Of a stretch of 64,000 nt of DNA, positions 50,575 through 60,356 are shown piece after piece. The notes beneath the pieces were generated by a model. The model did no database searches and was not told where the DNA came from. It was given only the letters and a program-made list of their open reading frames with translations. Each line of letters opens with the position of its first letter. Position 1 is the first letter of the stretch. Both the position numbers and the translations under genes were made by a program. This stretch comes from Candidatus Levyibacteriota bacterium (lineage in GTDB: Bacteria; Patescibacteriota; Microgenomatia; Levybacterales; UBA12049): positions 423,159-487,158 of the forward strand of contig CAWBPM010000002.1 of assembly GCA_963790825.1 (NCBI GenBank), given 5' to 3'.

Positions 50575-51231
50575 TTATGGAAGAGATATATAATTCTTAA
50601 CTAATAGTTCAAAAAAACTTTTTATTTCCTGAGGCTGATAAATTTGACCGCCGGAAATTGGAATAATACGAAAATCCAACATATCATCAAAATATACTAA
50701 CTGTTGTAAAAACAACCGCTCATCAAAGATACCTCCATATACTTTTTTAGTAAGACGAATAAGTTCGGGTAGCTCTATATATTTATTTTTTATAATTGCA
50801 TACAGATCATACACGTCCCGATATTCACCTCTTCTTCCAATTGTATAGGCTTTTTGTAAAGCAATTTCCTGGACCGGGAACAATCGTAAACCGCTCTCGG
50901 TTTGAAGAATAGCAAAGTAAGATGTAAATGGATAATAGAGAAATGTAATTTTTATCCCATTTTTGCCAGTAAAAGTTAGTTCCTCCGTTGTATCTACGGA
51001 AGTATTACCAATCTCTATCTTTTTCGAAAGTTTTTCCAGAAGATTCTTAGGAAAAGTAGTAGTACTAAAAAAATCAAAATCGAATGATTTACGGTGATTG
51101 ATTTGTAAAGCGAGGGCTGTCCCGCCAGCTAATACAAATTCCTTGGTGAAAGGAATAAGTTTTTGTAATAACTGCTGCCTCTCGTTATTTAATATTTCGA
51201 GGTGTAGATTTGAGATAATTTTGTTCATCAA
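50575..51231 (-). CDS. AbiEii/MenT-family nucleotidyltransferase toxin
   Basis: LAGGTAL, HRKSFDFDF, K...IGRRGEYRDVYD. Confidence 0.88.
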   Translation of the reverse strand: MMNKIISNLHLEILNNERQQLLQKLIPFTKEFVLAGGTALALQINHRKSFDFDFFSTTTFPKNLLEKLSKKIEIGNTSVDTTEELTFTGKNGIKITFLYYPFTSYFAILQTESGLRLFPVQEIALQKAYTIGRRGEYRDVYDLYAIIKNKYIELPELIRLTKKVYGGIFDERLFLQQLVYFDDMLDFRIIPISGGQIYQPQEIKSFFELLVKNYISLP

Positions 51232-51469
51232 TAGACACAGTAATATGTAAAATATAATTTTTAATAAAGTTAAGTGTCTGAGGAGTATAGATTTTCTTCG
51301 GATATTGCAGGAATATTTCCCGGAGAGTCTTTTCTCCCACTATTTTTTTTAATAACTGAATTTCCTTCAGACTACCGAAAACGAGAATTTGTTGTATCGT
51401 ATCGGGAGAAGTTATATCATTGGTTGGAGTATACCAGGCTCGCTTTATTTGCATATTCTTATTATACAT
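51185..51469 (-). CDS. Putative cognate antitoxin (DUF6922-like)
   Basis: Small ORF overlapping the toxin start; IQQILVFGSLKEIQLL. Confidence 0.65.
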   Translation of the reverse strand: MYNKNMQIKRAWYTPTNDITSPDTIQQILVFGSLKEIQLLKKIVGEKTLREIFLQYPKKIYTPQTLNFIKNYILHITVSIDEQNYLKSTPRNIK

Positions 51470-51507
51470 TATACAAGAAATTCTTCTAAATTAGAATATG
51501 CTGAATT

Positions 51508-51789
51508 CTACTTCGCCAGGAGGGGAGGGAGCTGGTCCTGGGGAAGTTGATCAACAAGATCTTTTACCGCATCGCGACAAACTTGAACCGAGGCATTACC
51601 GAAAAATTCCCGGTATTTTTCGATAAGCTGTTCAATCGCATTTTTTTCATCGCCTTTAATCGTCACTTCCTTTTTTTGCCAGTCGACACTTAGCCCGGAA
51701 ACCTTTTTCGCCTGTTCTAGTGCAACCGGACCGATAATAGATTCCTGTTCTTCAATGATTCTTTTGGCTAACTGCCCAAAGATATCCAT
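51508..51789 (-). CDS. Small soluble hypothetical protein coupled to the membrane sensor gene
   Basis: 93 aa, starts 5 bp after the multi-TM gene; IIEEQESIIGPVAL. Confidence 0.75.
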   Translation of the reverse strand: MDIFGQLAKRIIEEQESIIGPVALEQAKKVSGLSVDWQKKEVTIKGDEKNAIEQLIEKYREFFGNASVQVCRDAVKDLVDQLPQDQLPPLLAK

Positions 51790-51794
51790 ATGAG

Positions 51795-52613
51795 TTATTC
51801 TTTATTTTGTATTTTTAAAAAAACTAAATTCAAATGTAATAAACTTAACGTCATAGCTAAGTACGCCACTAAATACATATAATCATTAATTCCACCGGAC
51901 GCCCATGTATTATTAGCAGACTGGTATAAAAATGTATAGTCGGCAAAAAACTGTAATACAAGAGAAAATAAAATTGCCAAGATTGTCTTTTTCATGATGC
52001 CACCCAAAATACTTCTCGACAGAAGAAGTGTTAAGATAGTTAAAGAAATATAAATAGCTTCTCCAAGCGGATAGCCAAAGTCAAGAAAAACCTTAATCGG
52101 TTGTGACCAATCAAATTTGTACTCTTGTAAAAAGAGAAAATAACCTAATCCCAACATTAAGATAGGGATTATAAATGCTTGTAGTCGCCCTTCAATTGTT
52201 CGTAGTTTAATGTTGACACCCGTAACTTTACCCAAGTTATATACAGCTATAATATAAAGGGGAATACTTCCAAAATAACCAACGTCTCCCAGAGAGGGAT
52301 AGGGAATATTGACATGAAGAATGTGAAAGTAATAAGAATATGCTAACTGTCCAAATTCCTGAGCTAAAAGTCCAAAAGAAAGGAAGGCTACTGCTCTTCC
52401 TAATGAGCTTTTTATCCCTCCCCAATGCCTTGACAATATTAATCCCCAAATTCCACCCCATAAAGCCATAACTCCATAGGTATCTGAGAATAATTGGTTA
52501 AGCGAGGGGTGACTTTGAAAATTTATTTGAAGATAAATCCAAAATAAAGTTAAAGAAATAAACAAGAGGACTGCAACGACTATTTGCCATTGGCTTTTCA
52601 GAAATCTTAACAT
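51795..52613 (-). CDS. Multi-pass (about 8 TM) membrane protein resembling N-terminal membrane sensor domains
   Basis: PYPSLGDVGY, DFGYPLGE, FFAD..F, GGINDY motifs. Confidence 0.7.
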   Translation of the reverse strand: MLRFLKSQWQIVVAVLLFISLTLFWIYLQINFQSHPSLNQLFSDTYGVMALWGGIWGLILSRHWGGIKSSLGRAVAFLSFGLLAQEFGQLAYSYYFHILHVNIPYPSLGDVGYFGSIPLYIIAVYNLGKVTGVNIKLRTIEGRLQAFIIPILMLGLGYFLFLQEYKFDWSQPIKVFLDFGYPLGEAIYISLTILTLLLSRSILGGIMKKTILAILFSLVLQFFADYTFLYQSANNTWASGGINDYMYLVAYLAMTLSLLHLNLVFLKIQNKE

Positions 52614-52731
52614 ACGTTAGGCATTTGTAATAACCTACCTCTGACTTAAGCTTATAATTAATAATTCCACTTGTCAAGTAGATGCAAGTTAGATTATAGT
52701 ATGCAGAGTAGCTAAATCTATTAGGTTAATT

Positions 52732-53640
52732 ATGATACCAATTTTCCCTGAATTTAAAAAGCTAGAAATTGCGGACAAAAACGATATTGATTCCTTCACG
52801 CTTAAATATCTTCCATATTCTGATTTTAACTTTGTTAGTATGTATAGCTACAATGTGCAAAATAAAATCAGTATATGTCAAATAGAAAATAATCTTGTTG
52901 TTAAATTTGAGGACTACACTCAGGAAGGGAAATTTTTCTACTCTTTTCTTGGAAAGTCTGCTGTTCAACAAACTGTTAAAACTTTATTTTCCGCTACAAA
53001 TGATATTGACATGCTTCCTGTATTGAAACTTCTACCAGAAATAAATTTTGAAGATACCCATTCCCTTACTAACTTTAATCTACAAGAAGAAAGAGATAAT
53101 TTTGATTATATTGTTAAGACTAACGGAATTATTGACCATAGTAATAGCGCGTTTTCTCATAAAAGAAGAATTATTAGACGTTTCTATCGAGAAAATCCAG
53201 TAGCAAAAGTAATTTCTCTGGACGTTACAGATCCCCTAGATCAACATAACATTCAGAATTGTTTTCAACAATGGGAAAGTGGGAAAAGAAAAGAACCAAA
53301 TGAAACTAATCATGAAAAGATAGCACTACAACGAGTCTTGAAAGCAAGTAGGAATTTTGATTTGTTATCTCTTGGAATCATACAAGAAGAGAAAATTATT
53401 GCTTTTTCAATTTACGAAATTGTACAACAAAATTATGGGATTATTCATTTCGCAAAATATAATCCTATTTATAAAGGAATATTTGATGCTCTTGTTGCTC
53501 AAACAGTTATTGATTGTGGTAAAAAAGGATGCGAGTATGTAAATATTGAGCAGGATCTAGGCATTGAGGGACTTCGCAATGCCAAATTACAATGGTACCC
53601 GGCCTTTTTTCTCAAAAAGTACACAATAACACCGAAATAA
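52732..53640 (+). CDS. DUF2156/phosphatidylglycerol lysyltransferase C-terminal-like (aminoacyl-tRNA-dependent GNAT) protein
   Basis: SDFNF, FDYI, HFAK, YVNIEQDLGIEGLRNAKLQWYP; no flippase domain. Confidence 0.85.
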   Translation: MIPIFPEFKKLEIADKNDIDSFTLKYLPYSDFNFVSMYSYNVQNKISICQIENNLVVKFEDYTQEGKFFYSFLGKSAVQQTVKTLFSATNDIDMLPVLKLLPEINFEDTHSLTNFNLQEERDNFDYIVKTNGIIDHSNSAFSHKRRIIRRFYRENPVAKVISLDVTDPLDQHNIQNCFQQWESGKRKEPNETNHEKIALQRVLKASRNFDLLSLGIIQEEKIIAFSIYEIVQQNYGIIHFAKYNPIYKGIFDALVAQTVIDCGKKGCEYVNIEQDLGIEGLRNAKLQWYPAFFLKKYTITPK

Positions 53641-53693
53641 GATATAAGTCGAATACCTTCAAAAAAGAAAAATCCGGGGATGATAAAATAATT

Positions 53694-54596
53694 TTAGACT
53701 GCAAGTAAAATAGCCCCAAAAACGATCATTATTATAGAGATGAGCTTCAAGGTCAATGTTTTCTTCGCTATCACTTCTTTTAGAATATAAGGAAAGAAAA
53801 GTGAAAGAATAATACCGTAAATCAAGACGAATAACGGTTGCAAACCGGCAAGCACACTAACTAAACTTGCAGAAATAAGCGACAATGCGAAAAAGCCGGT
53901 ATAACGTGATAATATATATACCGCCTCGTCAATAGACATTAAAAAGAAAGCTTGTCTCGGAAGTCGTTTGGTTTGTTTTTTTAATAAACGAAAATTATTG
54001 GGTAAAAACAACAGACAGACAGCACAGAGCGCTATACCAAATCCTTCGTAAGGCAAAATCTGCCAGAAGTTTTGTACGGTAACGCCGAATTTAAAAAACA
54101 GTATCGAAAACGCAGCAAATACACAAGATAAAAGCATAAACCAAAGTGCTTTTCTGGGTCTAAATAAATTTTTCTTATTTTTCTGTATTGATAAAAGTAA
54201 GCCGGATATAATAATCAAAGCTGATCCTACATACTGGAGATATGTCAATGATTCCCCCAGGATCAGAGCGTCTCCGATTATGACAAAAACAGGTACGAAC
54301 TGAAACAAAGGAATAACGCTTGATGTTTCATCCAGAGATAACGCTTTAAAATAGGGAAGTAGACATAGCTCTGTGAAAAATCCGGACAAAATAATCGAGA
54401 TAATTATGGGCGGAGCGAAAGCATGAAGCCCGATAATAAAGATAAGCAAGATACTTACTAAAAAAGCAATCGTTCCGCTGTATACGGCCAGAATTAATGA
54501 CGGTATTTCAAATTTTTCCAGTAAAAATTTATCAATATAATTGACTAGGGCGTAAATTGCCGGAGAAACAACAGCGAAAAAAATACCAACCAACAT
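53694..54596 (-). CDS. EamA/DMT-family transporter
   Basis: 10 TM helices; VNYIDKFLL, PYFKAL...E.S...PLFQ, LGESL. Confidence 0.88.
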   Translation of the reverse strand: MLVGIFFAVVSPAIYALVNYIDKFLLEKFEIPSLILAVYSGTIAFLVSILLIFIIGLHAFAPPIIISIILSGFFTELCLLPYFKALSLDETSSVIPLFQFVPVFVIIGDALILGESLTYLQYVGSALIIISGLLLSIQKNKKNLFRPRKALWFMLLSCVFAAFSILFFKFGVTVQNFWQILPYEGFGIALCAVCLLFLPNNFRLLKKQTKRLPRQAFFLMSIDEAVYILSRYTGFFALSLISASLVSVLAGLQPLFVLIYGIILSLFFPYILKEVIAKKTLTLKLISIIMIVFGAILLAV

Positions 54597-54610
54597 AGGC
54601 TATATGCAGT

Positions 54611-55099
54611 TTACCATTTTTCAGATTTATAGACGGCCAGTGCTAAAACACAAGTTGGTTTATCCGTTACCTTGGCTAATTTTATATCTATATTTATATC
54701 CGTATCTTTACAAGGATATTTTCTCAGTCTACAGAGATCTTTGATGCTATGTATTACGTCAAAGCGAAGTTGATTTTCCACTTCTTGTTTGGTTTTACCA
54801 ATTGCGTCATGCTCGACAAATACTCCGCCATTATCCTTTCTTTGATACCAACCCAGCGCGGCACCGATCCACTCTCCCGGCATACCTCCGCGGTGTTCCG
54901 CCTTAACAACGTAGAGACGATCCCCGTATTCGGCTTCAGGCGTAATGTGCGTCTCGTTTACAATTTCGGAATCAGGAGGAATAATTGAAGAAAGATAAAT
55001 AAGATTATAATTACTTACTCCGCAGTCTTTCAGAGCAGCGTCAAAAGCCGATAGGAGAGTGCTACCGGTTCCTTTTCCCGAGGTCAAAGTGACTTTCAT
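54611..55099 (-). CDS. pdaD: Pyruvoyl-dependent arginine decarboxylase
   Basis: SAFDAAL...NYNLIYLSSIIP (Ser-Ser autocleavage site), GVFVEH. Confidence 0.88.
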   Translation of the reverse strand: MKVTLTSGKGTGSTLLSAFDAALKDCGVSNYNLIYLSSIIPPDSEIVNETHITPEAEYGDRLYVVKAEHRGGMPGEWIGAALGWYQRKDNGGVFVEHDAIGKTKQEVENQLRFDVIHSIKDLCRLRKYPCKDTDINIDIKLAKVTDKPTCVLALAVYKSEKW

Positions 55100-55251
55100 A
55101 TTGCTTAAATACTAAACCAGCTTAATAAAATTACTATAGCTATGTCAAGTACTATTGATCATATCACATCCTGTAGTTATTTGCAAGAGGAGGAGGAGGA
55201 TTAAAATAAATATTCGACTTGAGCACCAAAAACGATATAAAAATAACATTT

Positions 55252-56457
55252 TTATTGAATTGATGTGATAAGTTTGTAAATCGGTGTAATAACCATATAA
55301 ATCAAAAAGCCAACGCCAATTGACAGAATTATAATAATAAACGGTTCAAGTGCCGTAGTGATTGTTTTTACCCGTTCATCAACCTCCCTTTCGAAATATT
55401 CCGAAACTTTCAGCAGTGATTCGTCAACTTTTCCTGTTTGTTCGCCAATTTTTACCATTTCGACAAGAATGGGAGGGAAGAGAGGACTACTGCTCATAGC
55501 ATCTCCTACTGTTACTCCTTTTTCGACTCGTTTGGCAAGTGTAGAAATCGCTGCTTTATAGTTCACATTACCAACAACATCAGAACTCTGAGTTAACGCT
55601 TCAAAAATGGGTGTCCCAGTGCCTATAAGTAAACCAAATGTACGAGTAAACTCAACCAGAATTGATTCACTAGTCAACCTGCCAAATACGGGTAATTTAA
55701 GAATGAACATATCAACGATATGTTTTCCGCTTACTGTTTTATGCCATTTTCTAAACAAATAAACAAGAAAAACTATTGTAATGATAAGAATTGGCCAAAA
55801 AGTCGTCATTGACTGGGATATTCCCATAGCGATTTGCATCGTTGCAGGAAGCGGATAATTTAAATTGCTATAGAGACTGGCGAGTTGCGGAATAACGACA
55901 ACCGTCATAATGATAAAAACTCCAACCATGAGAAGAACAATAATTGCAGGATAAAGAAGTGCCCCTCTAATTGTAGAATTCAATTTTTGTTCTTTTTCCA
56001 GATTATCAGATAAACGAGTAAGAGTCTTATCAAGTATTCCTGAAGATTCGGCTGCTTTAATCAGGGCAATATAGACCGGAGAAAAAAATGCAGGATATTT
56101 ACTGATACCGGTAGACAACTTTCCGCCTTCCTCAATGACGCTCATAATTCCCCCCACCACTTCCATCATCGATCTTTTACTCATCTGATTTTTAAGTATT
56201 ACGAATGCTTGTATGAGAGTTAGTCCCGAGGTAAGCATGGAGCCTAATTGTCTGGTAAAAAAAATCAAATCCGTATGTGTGGGCTTTCTGAATCTGATAA
56301 GAAAATTTTCCAGGGTTTTTTCCCTAACAGATGTAATGTTAACCGGGTGGAGATGGTGTTGACGAAGGTACAAGGCTACTTGTTCCGAATCTACTGCTTC
56401 AATAGTACCTTTGAGAATTTTTCCGTCTTCCGCGATAGCCTTATATGCCAGTTTCAT
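55252..56457 (-). CDS. pilC: Type IV pilus platform protein PilC/GspF
   Basis: FTRQL, AESSG, ALLYP, GEQTG, LEP. Confidence 0.93.
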   Translation of the reverse strand: MKLAYKAIAEDGKILKGTIEAVDSEQVALYLRQHHLHPVNITSVREKTLENFLIRFRKPTHTDLIFFTRQLGSMLTSGLTLIQAFVILKNQMSKRSMMEVVGGIMSVIEEGGKLSTGISKYPAFFSPVYIALIKAAESSGILDKTLTRLSDNLEKEQKLNSTIRGALLYPAIIVLLMVGVFIIMTVVVIPQLASLYSNLNYPLPATMQIAMGISQSMTTFWPILIITIVFLVYLFRKWHKTVSGKHIVDMFILKLPVFGRLTSESILVEFTRTFGLLIGTGTPIFEALTQSSDVVGNVNYKAAISTLAKRVEKGVTVGDAMSSSPLFPPILVEMVKIGEQTGKVDESLLKVSEYFEREVDERVKTITTALEPFIIIILSIGVGFLIYMVITPIYKLITSIQ

Positions 56458-56458
56458 G

Positions 56459-57535
56459 TTATTCCATCAAGCGCATGAATTCATCCTCACGAACTGCATA
56501 TCCTTTCGCGTCTTCTAATGATACGGTTCCCGCATGAACAAGTTGTGCCAATGAATCCTCAAGTGTCATCATGCCGATTTCTCTGGAGGTTTGGATCGTT
56601 GAATCAATAAGATGTGTTTTACCGTCTCTGATGTTACTGCTCACTGCGGAAGTACCTATTAGAATTTCGACTGCAGGTATTCTGCCGCCTCCGATTTGGG
56701 GAAGGAGTCGCTGTGAAATGATGCCTTTTAGTGTTGCTGCAAGTTGAATTTGGATTTGTTTTTGTTGTGAAGTCGGAAATGAATCAACAATACGATCAAC
56801 GCTCTGGGCGGCAGAGTTTGTATGTAAAGTCGCAAACACCAAATGCCCGGTTTCGGCAATAGTTAAGGCCGCAGCCATCGTTTCCGGATCCCGCATCTCG
56901 CCAATCAGCACAACATCCGGATCTTCACGAAGTGCGGACTTTAGTGCCATTGCCCATGAGTGTGTATCGGCTCCGAGTTCCCGTTGAGAAACGACACTTG
57001 TTCCTTTCGAATAGACATATTCAATCGGATCCTCGATTGTTAAGATGTGGGTATTTTTCTTCATGTTGATTTCGTTAATAATTGCAGCCAATGTACTAGA
57101 CTTTCCGTGTCCGGTCGGACCGGTGACCAGTACAAATCCCTGTTTAAGTTGGGCAAACTGCTCGCATACTTTGGGTAATTTTAATTCCTCAATTGTCTTA
57201 ATAGCGGGAGGAAGAAAACGAAGCGCTCCGGCCAAGTATCCTCTTTGAAAATAGGCATTTACGCGAAATCTTCCCAAATCTCCGTATGTACCGCCTCCAT
57301 ATCCGAAAGAAAAGTCGAGTTCCTTGTTTGATTGTAGCAACTCTTTTTGCTCCGGAGTTAGCAGGGAAAAAATCATTTTCTCAATTTCTGCTCCGGTCAA
57401 ATTTTTAGAATTGCTAATATTTCGCAGTTCGCCATCTACGCGGAGTGACGGAGGAAGCCCCGCGATAAGATGTAGATCAGATGCTTTACTTTCAACCGTT
57501 AATTTTAACAACCCTTGGATGTCTACGATTTCCAT
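56459..57535 (-). CDS. pilT: Pilus retraction ATPase
   Basis: ASDLHL, GPTGHGKS, IEDPIE, LREDPD, AETGH, NIRDGK. Confidence 0.95.
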   Translation of the reverse strand: MEIVDIQGLLKLTVESKASDLHLIAGLPPSLRVDGELRNISNSKNLTGAEIEKMIFSLLTPEQKELLQSNKELDFSFGYGGGTYGDLGRFRVNAYFQRGYLAGALRFLPPAIKTIEELKLPKVCEQFAQLKQGFVLVTGPTGHGKSSTLAAIINEINMKKNTHILTIEDPIEYVYSKGTSVVSQRELGADTHSWAMALKSALREDPDVVLIGEMRDPETMAAALTIAETGHLVFATLHTNSAAQSVDRIVDSFPTSQQKQIQIQLAATLKGIISQRLLPQIGGGRIPAVEILIGTSAVSSNIRDGKTHLIDSTIQTSREIGMMTLEDSLAQLVHAGTVSLEDAKGYAVREDEFMRLME

Positions 57536-57537
57536 AT

Positions 57538-59307
57538 TTATTCCTCTGCTACACGCAATACTTCTTCTATTGTAGTCAATCCCTGTAAAACCTTCAAGAA
57601 CCCATCTTGGCGTATTGTAATCATTCCTTCCAGTATAGCTTGTTTTTCTATAGAATCGCTATCCGTATGCTCTAAAACCAAATGGGATATTTTCTCTGAA
57701 GCCAGAAGTACCTCATAAATACCGATTCTACCTAAGTATCCTGATGCTCCGCACTCATTGCAGCCTTTACCTTTAAAGAGCTTTACCTGATCTGAATTTA
57801 CCGGATATAAATTCCCCAAAACATGTTTCATTTGTATAACCAGCTGGGGCAGGGGAACATATGATTCTTTGCAGTGAGGACAAATTCTCCGGCAAATTCG
57901 CTGTCCGACTATCGCGTTAATTGTCGATGCGAGCAGAAAACTCTCAGCACCCAGGTCAATAAGACGCGGGAGTGCACCGGATGCGCTTGATGTATGAATC
58001 GTTGAAAAAACTAAATGGCCGGTTAATGCCGCTTGTATGGCAAGCTCCGTCGTTTCCTGATCCCGAATTTCCCCAACTAGTATGATATTCGGATCCTGAC
58101 GTAAAAAAGCCCTGAGTCCCGAGGCGAAAGTCAGCCCTACCGGGGGATTAATTTGCACCTGATTAATTCCCGGTATCTGATATTCAACCGGATCTTCCAG
58201 GGACATTATATTTACTCTGGTTGTGTTTAGCTTCGACAGGATGGCATAAAGCGTCGTCGTTTTCCCGCTTCCTGTCGGCCCGCAAACCAGAATAATTCCG
58301 TGCGGCTTAAGAATCGATCCTTCCAGATTTCGCATAGGAGGCCCCGATAATCCCAGTTCAGGAAGAGAGGGAATGCCACCGCTTTTTTGCAGAATACGCA
58401 TAACAATTTTTTCTCCGCTAACTGTGGGTATTGTTGAAATACGAAGATCTACTTCCTGATCACCCATTTGGAAACTAAATCTGCCATCTTGCGGGATTCG
58501 GTGTTCATCAATTTTTAATTCGGAGAGAATTTTTATACGCGAGATAAGAGAATCCTGGACATTTTTAGGCAGTGACAATTTATCATAAAGTATTCCGTCA
58601 ATTCTGTATCTCACCCGCAGCCGGTCTTCAAGTGGCTCAATGTGCACGTCTGATGCTCTACTATTAATCGCAAATTCCAGAATCGTTGAAACGATCTTTG
58701 CAATCGGCGCTTCTTTAATAATCTGACCGATTTGCTTACTGTCAACCGCAGGTCTTTTTTTTATTTCTTCCGTTTCTTTTAGAGCTTGACCCACTTCGCC
58801 GACAAGCTCCTGCCGATATTGCTTTTCGATTGCCGTTGCGACGTCTGCCGGAGCGGCAGCAAAAAAACGAATTTGTAATCCTGTTTTTTGCCGAACGAAA
58901 GCAATCGCATCCAGATCCACAGGATTTGCCATAGCAATAGAGAGAGTCTTTTCCTTTTCGTCGTAAGCAAAAGGGATCAGCTGAAACCGGTCAACTACTG
59001 CATTGGGAAGAAGACTAAGCGCTTGGGGAGAAAACGACGTATTAGCAAGTGTTATAAAAGGGATACCGATCAATTTAGCTCCTGCTTCGGCAATTTTTTC
59101 CTCGGGGACAATATGTATAGAACGCAGATATGCTTCAGGCGAGACTGCTTTAAGAACGCTTTTGTTTTTGATATCATCATACTGTTCTTGAGTTAAGACG
59201 TGCTCGGATAACAGGATATCGATAACGCTCTGATCGTTTTGTTGATCATTTGAGTTAGTGTTATTTGCCGGGGAACCGGAATTATTAACTTGAAAGAAAT
59301 TGGGCAT
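57538..59307 (-). CDS. pilB: Pilus assembly ATPase PilB/GspE
   Basis: ASDVHIEP, PQDGR, GPTGSGKTT, LRQDP, Zn-binding CPHC...CNEC. Confidence 0.95.
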   Translation of the reverse strand: MPNFFQVNNSGSPANNTNSNDQQNDQSVIDILLSEHVLTQEQYDDIKNKSVLKAVSPEAYLRSIHIVPEEKIAEAGAKLIGIPFITLANTSFSPQALSLLPNAVVDRFQLIPFAYDEKEKTLSIAMANPVDLDAIAFVRQKTGLQIRFFAAAPADVATAIEKQYRQELVGEVGQALKETEEIKKRPAVDSKQIGQIIKEAPIAKIVSTILEFAINSRASDVHIEPLEDRLRVRYRIDGILYDKLSLPKNVQDSLISRIKILSELKIDEHRIPQDGRFSFQMGDQEVDLRISTIPTVSGEKIVMRILQKSGGIPSLPELGLSGPPMRNLEGSILKPHGIILVCGPTGSGKTTTLYAILSKLNTTRVNIMSLEDPVEYQIPGINQVQINPPVGLTFASGLRAFLRQDPNIILVGEIRDQETTELAIQAALTGHLVFSTIHTSSASGALPRLIDLGAESFLLASTINAIVGQRICRRICPHCKESYVPLPQLVIQMKHVLGNLYPVNSDQVKLFKGKGCNECGASGYLGRIGIYEVLLASEKISHLVLEHTDSDSIEKQAILEGMITIRQDGFLKVLQGLTTIEEVLRVAEE

Positions 59308-59602
59308 TAATAATTATAGTAAAGAAAAGCCCATCTGAAGTCAAGAAACACTAGTGAAGCCTCATTTGAAACATCTGAAAAAACAGACCTAACTCATCTA
59401 ATTTCTTAAACTGCTTTCTGCCTGTTTCTAAAATCAGCTCTCTTTCATAATCGGCAATTGTTTTGATTCTTTTCTTTTGCTGTATAAATTTGGGCAAAGG
59501 AAATTTCATATATTAATAATGAGGCATGTTGTTGTATTTTCCGTTACAAAAACGTAAGGAATAGGAAAGAAGAAAATTTCCGGTGTTATAATAGAAATTA
59601 AT

Positions 59603-60316
59603 ATGACCAGCTTTATTATTGCGGGGAAGAACTGGGAAAAACAGGAAAAGGAAGTAAAAAAAATTGCAAGCCGATTTCATGTGAACCGATTTGATCTCAC
59701 GATTATCACGAGAGAACAGACGGATGGAAAAGCCAAACAAAGCCTGGGGATTGAAGACGTAAAGAACATGCAAAAGAAGCTGTTTCTAAAGCCTATAGAA
59801 AGTCCTGCCAAGGCCGTGGTACTGAAAGAAGCGGAACTTTTAACCATTGAAGCACAAAATGCATTGCTAAAAGTTTTGGAAGAACCACCGGATCATACAA
59901 TAATTATTTTGACAGTCGATACTCTTGACGCACTTCTGCCGACGATTCAATCGAGATGCCGTATTATCCAGCTGCCGGAAGAAATTGTGTCAATCGGAGA
60001 CACAGAAGCCGATGAATACAAAAAATTGGCGGAGAATTTGACACATCAGTCGATCGGTGAGTCTCTCAGGATCGCTGAGTCTTTGAGTAAAAATAAAGAC
60101 GGGGCAATCCTGTGGCTCGAGAAAATGATTGTTGTGACAAGAAAAGAGTTACTTAATCTCGCGCAAAAGAAAACGGATCCAACAAATGTCGATCTTTCCC
60201 AGCAAGATAAGTATCTGCGAATATTAAAATCATTTCAGAAATTCCGGATTCTTTTAAAAACAACCAACGTCAATCTCCGCCTCGCCCTGGAAAACCTCTT
60301 TCTGTCTCTAGGCTAA
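59603..60316 (+). CDS. holB: DNA polymerase III delta-prime-like clamp-loader subunit
   Basis: EAQNALLKVLEEPP, LLPTIQSRC. Confidence 0.85.
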   Translation: MTSFIIAGKNWEKQEKEVKKIASRFHVNRFDLTIITREQTDGKAKQSLGIEDVKNMQKKLFLKPIESPAKAVVLKEAELLTIEAQNALLKVLEEPPDHTIIILTVDTLDALLPTIQSRCRIIQLPEEIVSIGDTEADEYKKLAENLTHQSIGESLRIAESLSKNKDGAILWLEKMIVVTRKELLNLAQKKTDPTNVDLSQQDKYLRILKSFQKFRILLKTTNVNLRLALENLFLSLG

Positions 60317-60356
60317 ATCTATTTCTTTTCAAAATACCTGTGCTATAATCCCGTGT

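Noticed and set aside
48955-55151. Shared TACTTGACA at the pilin, membrane-sensor and pdaD promoters as a regulon motif
   Set aside because: It is mostly the generic -35 hexamer seen throughout the window; three extra bases are not enough evidence.
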